A stretch of DNA of 64,000 nt from an uncultured Bacillota bacterium (GTDB taxonomy: Bacteria; Sysuimicrobiota; Sysuimicrobiia; Sysuimicrobiales; Segetimicrobiaceae): positions 1 through 64,000 of the forward strand of contig CAWDRG010000001.1 in assembly GCA_963804645.1 (NCBI GenBank). Reading direction: 5' to 3'. Shown here one piece after another: positions 59,969-64,000 of this stretch (the first letter of the stretch is position 1; each line of letters starts with the position of its first letter). The notes under the pieces were generated by a model. It saw nothing but the letters and a program-made list of their open reading frames with translations, made no database searches and was not told the origin of the DNA. Both the position numbers and the translations under genes were made by a program.

Positions 59969-60120
59969 CGACCGCTCTCCCGGGTTGGAACCTGCCTCCG
60001 CCCGATTGGACCCCAACGATTATAGTCTCCCCGTCCCGGGCTGACCAGCAGTTTTGGGCCCGGGAGACCCCGCGGGGCCCGGAGGTCTATTAGACGGCCG
60101 AGACGTGTATAGTATCGCGG

Positions 60121-60519
60121 ATGAGCGTCGCGATGCAGTCCAACAAGAAAGTCCTCTACGCGTGCCGCTACCACGTGGTGTGGTGTCCGAAATATCGGCG
60201 CCCCGTCCTCGTGGACGACGTGCGGGAGCGCCTGGTCGAGATTCTCCACCAGGAAGCGCGGGACCGACACGCCGAGGTGCTCGCGCTCGACGTGATGCCC
60301 GATCACGTGTCGTTGGTCGTCGACGCCGACCCCCAGTTCGGGATTCACCGGCTCGTGAAGCGCCTGAAGGCGCGGTCGTCGCACGATCTGCGCCGCGAGT
60401 TCCCCCACCTGCGGTCCCGCCTCCCGGCGCTGTGGACGCACAGCTATCTCGTGGTCACGATCGGGGGCGCGCGGCCCGCCGCCGTCCGGCGCTACGTCGC
60501 GGCGCAGCGCCACACATAG
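60121..60519 (+). mobile_element. tnpA: IS200/IS605 family Y1 transposase (TnpA), solo, HUH motif altered
   Basis: YHVVWCPKYRR.VL, MPDHVSL, LK..SS..LR.EFP.L, LWT.SY, VRRYV..Q; no tnpB adjacent. Confidence 0.85.
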
Positions 60520-60582
60520 GCGCGACGACGCGGGCGGCGGTCACGGAGGGACGGCCTTCGACGCCGCCGAACACCACCGGCG

Positions 60583-61206
60583 ATGTGGATCAACGTGACG
60601 GGACGCGCGTGGACTCGAGCCTGCGGCGTGCTCTGCGGGCTCGCGATCTTGGGCGTCGCCGGCGTGCTCACGCCTGCGGGCCAGGGGCAGGACACGGTGC
60701 CCTCCTACCCCCTCTACTATGCCTTCCAGATTCCCGCGACCAGGCCGTCGATCCAGATCACGAGCAACGGGTCGAGCACCTCGTACTCGGGCACGTTCAC
60801 CGGCACGCTGGGCGGGCTCCCCGTGAAGAGCGGCACGTTTCAATACGGCGGCACGACCGGCAGCCAGGTCGGCGGCGGCTTCTTCACGCTGGTCACCGAC
60901 GCGGGCGCGGTCCAGAATACCCAGCTGCTGATGTCGGTCGACGGCGCGAGGACGTCCGTGCTGTTCTTTGCCACCTATCTCGGCACGCATCTCGACTTCA
61001 GGCTCAGCGTCGTGGGCATGGCGCTGGGCGGGACGGGGGAGACCGATACCGGGCTGGCGGACACGGGGTTCGCGTCGCAGGACGCGTACGTCGCCGCGGT
61101 GCAGACGGCCGTCGCGTCGCTGCCGGAAGCCACGCGGCAGCAGCTGATCGCAGCCGCCAATACGAACGCGCTCCTGGTCACGCAATTTCAGCAGCGCTCC
61201 CGGTAG
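60583..61206 (+). CDS. Hypothetical secreted protein (Gly/Thr/Ser-rich beta region plus helical C-terminus)
   Basis: Signal-peptide-like N-terminus; coding-like third-position GC bias. Confidence 0.65.
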   Translation: MWINVTGRAWTRACGVLCGLAILGVAGVLTPAGQGQDTVPSYPLYYAFQIPATRPSIQITSNGSSTSYSGTFTGTLGGLPVKSGTFQYGGTTGSQVGGGFFTLVTDAGAVQNTQLLMSVDGARTSVLFFATYLGTHLDFRLSVVGMALGGTGETDTGLADTGFASQDAYVAAVQTAVASLPEATRQQLIAAANTNALLVTQFQQRSR

Positions 61207-61499
61207 GACATCACGGTCCCGCCTCGATCCGTGGCGGGCGAGGCAGGACGGTCCGGCATTCCTTCCTCTTGCCGCGGCCTCTGCGCGAGCGGCGAGCCCT
61301 CCAGACGCGACGGTCGAGGTCCAGGGACTGCGGGTCACGACCGATGGCGGTCTGATCGTTGTCCGGGCTGGACGGGCGGTTGGGCTCCAGCCGTCCTCGC
61401 ACAGGACATGAACGATCCGCGGGGGGCGACGGCGAACATGCCGCCCGCGCGGCGGCCGCACCGGGATACCCAGCGATCGTCAACCCGCTGCCGAGGTGA

Positions 61500-62498
61500 A
61501 TGGTGACGGGCGCCGCAGGACTGGTGCGACAACGGAGTGTCCAGGTGGTGATCGTCGTCTGGCTCGCCAGCGTCCTTTTTGTCGCGCTGCGCGGACGGAC
61601 GGTGCCCTTTGACTGGCCGAGCATGGTGGATATGGCCGCGGGCGCGCAGCTCATCAGCGCGAACGTACAGCTCCTGTGGGTGCTCTTCCTCATCGGGGTC
61701 GCCGTGTGGGTCACCCGACGGCGGGCGGTGATCGACCTGGCGTCGCGCGCACCGGCACCGGCCGCAAATCGCGCCGAACTGCTGTGGATGGCGGGGTATG
61801 CCGCGGCGGCCCAGGTGGTGGGGTTTGGACTCGGCCGCGTGGTCGGGGTCTATCCCATCAGCCTCCACTTGCCAGGGACGGTCTTCGGGATCAGTACATA
61901 CGTCTCACCGGTCGACGTGTATGCGTGGGTGGTCTACAACTTCGTGGTCTATGCATGCATCCCGTACGCGATGTTCCGAGCACGAGGCTACTCGAACGAA
62001 GCGCTCAACCTCACGTCGGCGGATCGCCGACAAGACCTGCTGCTGATCACGATCATCTTGGTCCTGGAGTCGGCCTTTGAACTGACCTTTATGCCGAAGA
62101 TCTTCGGCCTCAACCACCGCCAGCTGCTCGTCGGCATGCCGGCGACGTTCATCATCTACTTCGTCGGGACGTCGCTCCCCATCATGATCTTCATCTATGC
62201 CATCCTGCTTCCGAGGTACCTGAAGCTGACGGGGTCGATCGTCACCACGGTGATCCTCGGAGGCGCGACGTACGCGGTCCTGCATCTGTTCGAGGCCTGG
62301 ACGCTGTGGAGCTCGCCGAAGAATGTCGTCCTGTCGCTGATCTTCCTCATGTTCCAGTATTTCGGGCCGGGCATGGTCAAGTCCGTGCTCACCCTCCGCA
62401 CTGGGAATGCCTGGGTGCACGTCTGGTCGTATCACTCCCTCGCGCCGCACGTGTGGTTGGATACCCCACTGATCGTCAAGATCTTTCACATCAAGTAA
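61500..62498 (+). CDS. Polytopic membrane protein, divergent CPBP/Abi-like C-terminus
   Basis: About 9 TM helices; YAVLH and RTGNAWVHVWSYH motifs; GAGGTG RBS. Confidence 0.65.
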   Translation: MVTGAAGLVRQRSVQVVIVVWLASVLFVALRGRTVPFDWPSMVDMAAGAQLISANVQLLWVLFLIGVAVWVTRRRAVIDLASRAPAPAANRAELLWMAGYAAAAQVVGFGLGRVVGVYPISLHLPGTVFGISTYVSPVDVYAWVVYNFVVYACIPYAMFRARGYSNEALNLTSADRRQDLLLITIILVLESAFELTFMPKIFGLNHRQLLVGMPATFIIYFVGTSLPIMIFIYAILLPRYLKLTGSIVTTVILGGATYAVLHLFEAWTLWSSPKNVVLSLIFLMFQYFGPGMVKSVLTLRTGNAWVHVWSYHSLAPHVWLDTPLIVKIFHIK

Positions 62499-62568
62499 CA
62501 CGAGCCGGGGCACGCACGTAGGATGTCGTGCCGCGGTCGCGGCGGCGGGACGGGCGAGTCCGAGGCGC

Positions 62569-62889
62569 TCATCCGGACGCGTCTGACGTCACGCGCCGCA
62601 GAAACGTCCGTTCTTCCGCCACGATGAATCGCTGCGCTTCGGCAGTGCGGAAGTTCGCGAGACCGGCGGCGTCGGTCCGGAGACGGGCCCGATAGGCCTC
62701 ATAGGCCGCGAGGCTCTCAAACGAAATCAACCCGTACGCGATGTTGTTCGTGCCCTCGTGGGGGACCCAATAGCCGATCAGATCGCCGCCGCACTGCGGA
62801 ATGATCGTCAGCCAGGCGCGCGCGTAGGCTTCGAACGCGTCCCGCTGGTACGGGTCGAGTTGGTACCGAATGAACACCGTGATCTCCAT
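62569..62889 (-). CDS. NIPSNAP family protein
   Basis: [29 protein letters not shown]. Confidence 0.88.
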   Translation of the reverse strand: MEITVFIRYQLDPYQRDAFEAYARAWLTIIPQCGGDLIGYWVPHEGTNNIAYGLISFESLAAYEAYRARLRTDAAGLANFRTAEAQRFIVAEERTFLRRVTSDASG

Positions 62890-62963
62890 CCGAGCCTCCT
62901 GTCGCCGGTGAGCGTCTTCGCGCTCCCGGGAGTATCGTACGGGACCCCGCAGCGGCGCCGCGG

Positions 62964-63638
62964 TCAGCCCACCTCGGGCGTCGTCACCGGCGGATGATAC
63001 TGCGGCGCCTCCGCACGGTCCACCATGCTGTAGTCGCGAATCACCCGCACCATCCGGTGGCGGTCCGCCGCTGACGCGGCGGCGAGCCATGCGCGGGCCG
63101 CCTCCGCATCCCGCCACCAGCGCAGCCACAGGCGCGTGCCGGCATCGGCGAGCCCGTCGAACACGTCCCAGTCCACGAGCCCGGAAGGCGTGCCGCCGCG
63201 GTGCTCGTCGAGGGACGCCGCGCGCGGTTCCATCCCCGAGGCCGGTGCGCGGACAAGGGTCCGTTGGGTGACCGTCACGACCTTGGCGCTCCCCACGGCC
63301 GTCGCATCGAACCGCTGCCCGGGTGGGACGTGCCCCTGCGGCGCGGCCGTGTCGGCGGCGACCTCTCCGACGCGCAGATGATAGTCGTGAAACACCTCCG
63401 CGCGCCCCCGTTCCTGCATGCCGTGGTGCGCCGCACGCGTGCGCCACCGGATGAGGGCTTTTTCATCCCGCCACGTCGAGACCGAGACCACCCATCCGTC
63501 CCGCCGTCCGCTCCGGAAGCGCTCGTTGGCGAGAAAGCCGTCGACCTGCTCCAGTTCCGGCGTCAGCCATCGCGCGGAGCGCAGATAGTCGTCCCAGCGC
63601 TCGGGCTTCGGTTTGACTTCGAAGATCACCATGAACAC
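62964..63638 (-). CDS. Antibiotic biosynthesis monooxygenase (ABM) family protein
   Basis: [43 protein letters not shown]. Confidence 0.85.
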   Translation of the reverse strand: MFMVIFEVKPKPERWDDYLRSARWLTPELEQVDGFLANERFRSGRRDGWVVSVSTWRDEKALIRWRTRAAHHGMQERGRAEVFHDYHLRVGEVAADTAAPQGHVPPGQRFDATAVGSAKVVTVTQRTLVRAPASGMEPRAASLDEHRGGTPSGLVDWDVFDGLADAGTRLWLRWWRDAEAARAWLAAASAADRHRMVRVIRDYSMVDRAEAPQYHPPVTTPEVG

Positions 63639-63694
63639 GTTGGGGCCCTCCCCGAGCGACGCGCGCACCGGTGAGCGCCGACCCGCGACACGGA

Positions 63695-64000
63695 TCACGC
63701 GGATCTGTCGGCCGCGTGCGACGCGCGCACGCCGAACACGCGGCCGATCGCCCGCCGCCCGCGATCCGTCAGCCGCACCGCGCGGTCCTCACGGCGGCGC
63801 ACAATCCAGTCGTGGGCAAGGAAGCACTCCTGCAGGGCCATGCCGAGACTCCCCGCGAGGTGGGGCCGCCGCTCCGTCCAATCCATGCACGCCCGGGCGA
63901 GCGGACGCCGCCGCCCGCGCAGCGCGGTCACGTCGATGCCGAGACCGTCGAAGAACCGCTCGCCGCGCGGCGTGACGCGAAACTCCGTGGCCTCGGCGCG
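63695..64000 (-). CDS. C-terminal part of an ArsR-like winged-helix regulator (truncated by window edge)
   Basis: RACMDWTERRPHLAGSLG...RAVRLT..G motif; ORF remains open to the window end. Confidence 0.75.
   Translation of the reverse strand, partial: RAEATEFRVTPRGERFFDGLGIDVTALRGRRRPLARACMDWTERRPHLAGSLGMALQECFLAHDWIVRRREDRAVRLTDRGRRAIGRVFGVRASHAADRSA

Noticed and set aside
1..64000. Many long overlapping ORFs (e.g. 42781..46332 +, 16881..19559 +, 28965..30710 +, 53466..55799 +)
   Set aside because: Antisense or off-frame shadows of real genes, expected at high GC; Arg/Pro/Ala-rich with no recognisable motifs
1..64000. CRISPR array, prophage, rRNA or a recognisable defence system
   Set aside because: No regularly spaced repeats, cas genes, phage structural genes, integrase or rRNA signatures seen by eye

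Overview
High-GC bacterial chromosomal window that is mostly housekeeping and transport. The gene content (spoVS, csaB/WecB/DUF5693 cluster, Lnt, a Gram-positive-type LexA box, Tat-exported solute-binding proteins) suggests a Terrabacteria lineage; an Armatimonadota/CSP1-3-like organism is my inference only. Contents: peptide and branched-chain amino-acid ABC transporters, a PhoB/PhoR-like two-component system, gdh, ftsEX, surE, hpt, dinB, nadA, two tRNAs (Glu-CTC, Gln-CTG), gltX, a prs paralogue, prfB with its programmed +1 frameshift, tam, lnt, secA and a solo IS200 tnpA. I found no CRISPR array, prophage or rRNA. Seven genes carry single-base frameshifts that look like assembly indels. The most notable observation is a ~330-nt non-coding segment directly upstream of nadA that folds by eye into a nested multi-helix RNA ending at the ribosome-binding site, and which I cannot match to a known family. 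Also notable are several apparent pseudoenzymes (Prs, an archaemetzincin-like protein, a TnpA with a broken HUH motif, a degenerate CPBP domain fused to Lnt), a PD-(D/E)xK-like gene coupled to hpt, and an FtsE with a ~126-aa low-complexity N-terminal extension. All family calls come from motif recognition by eye; no database searches were run.
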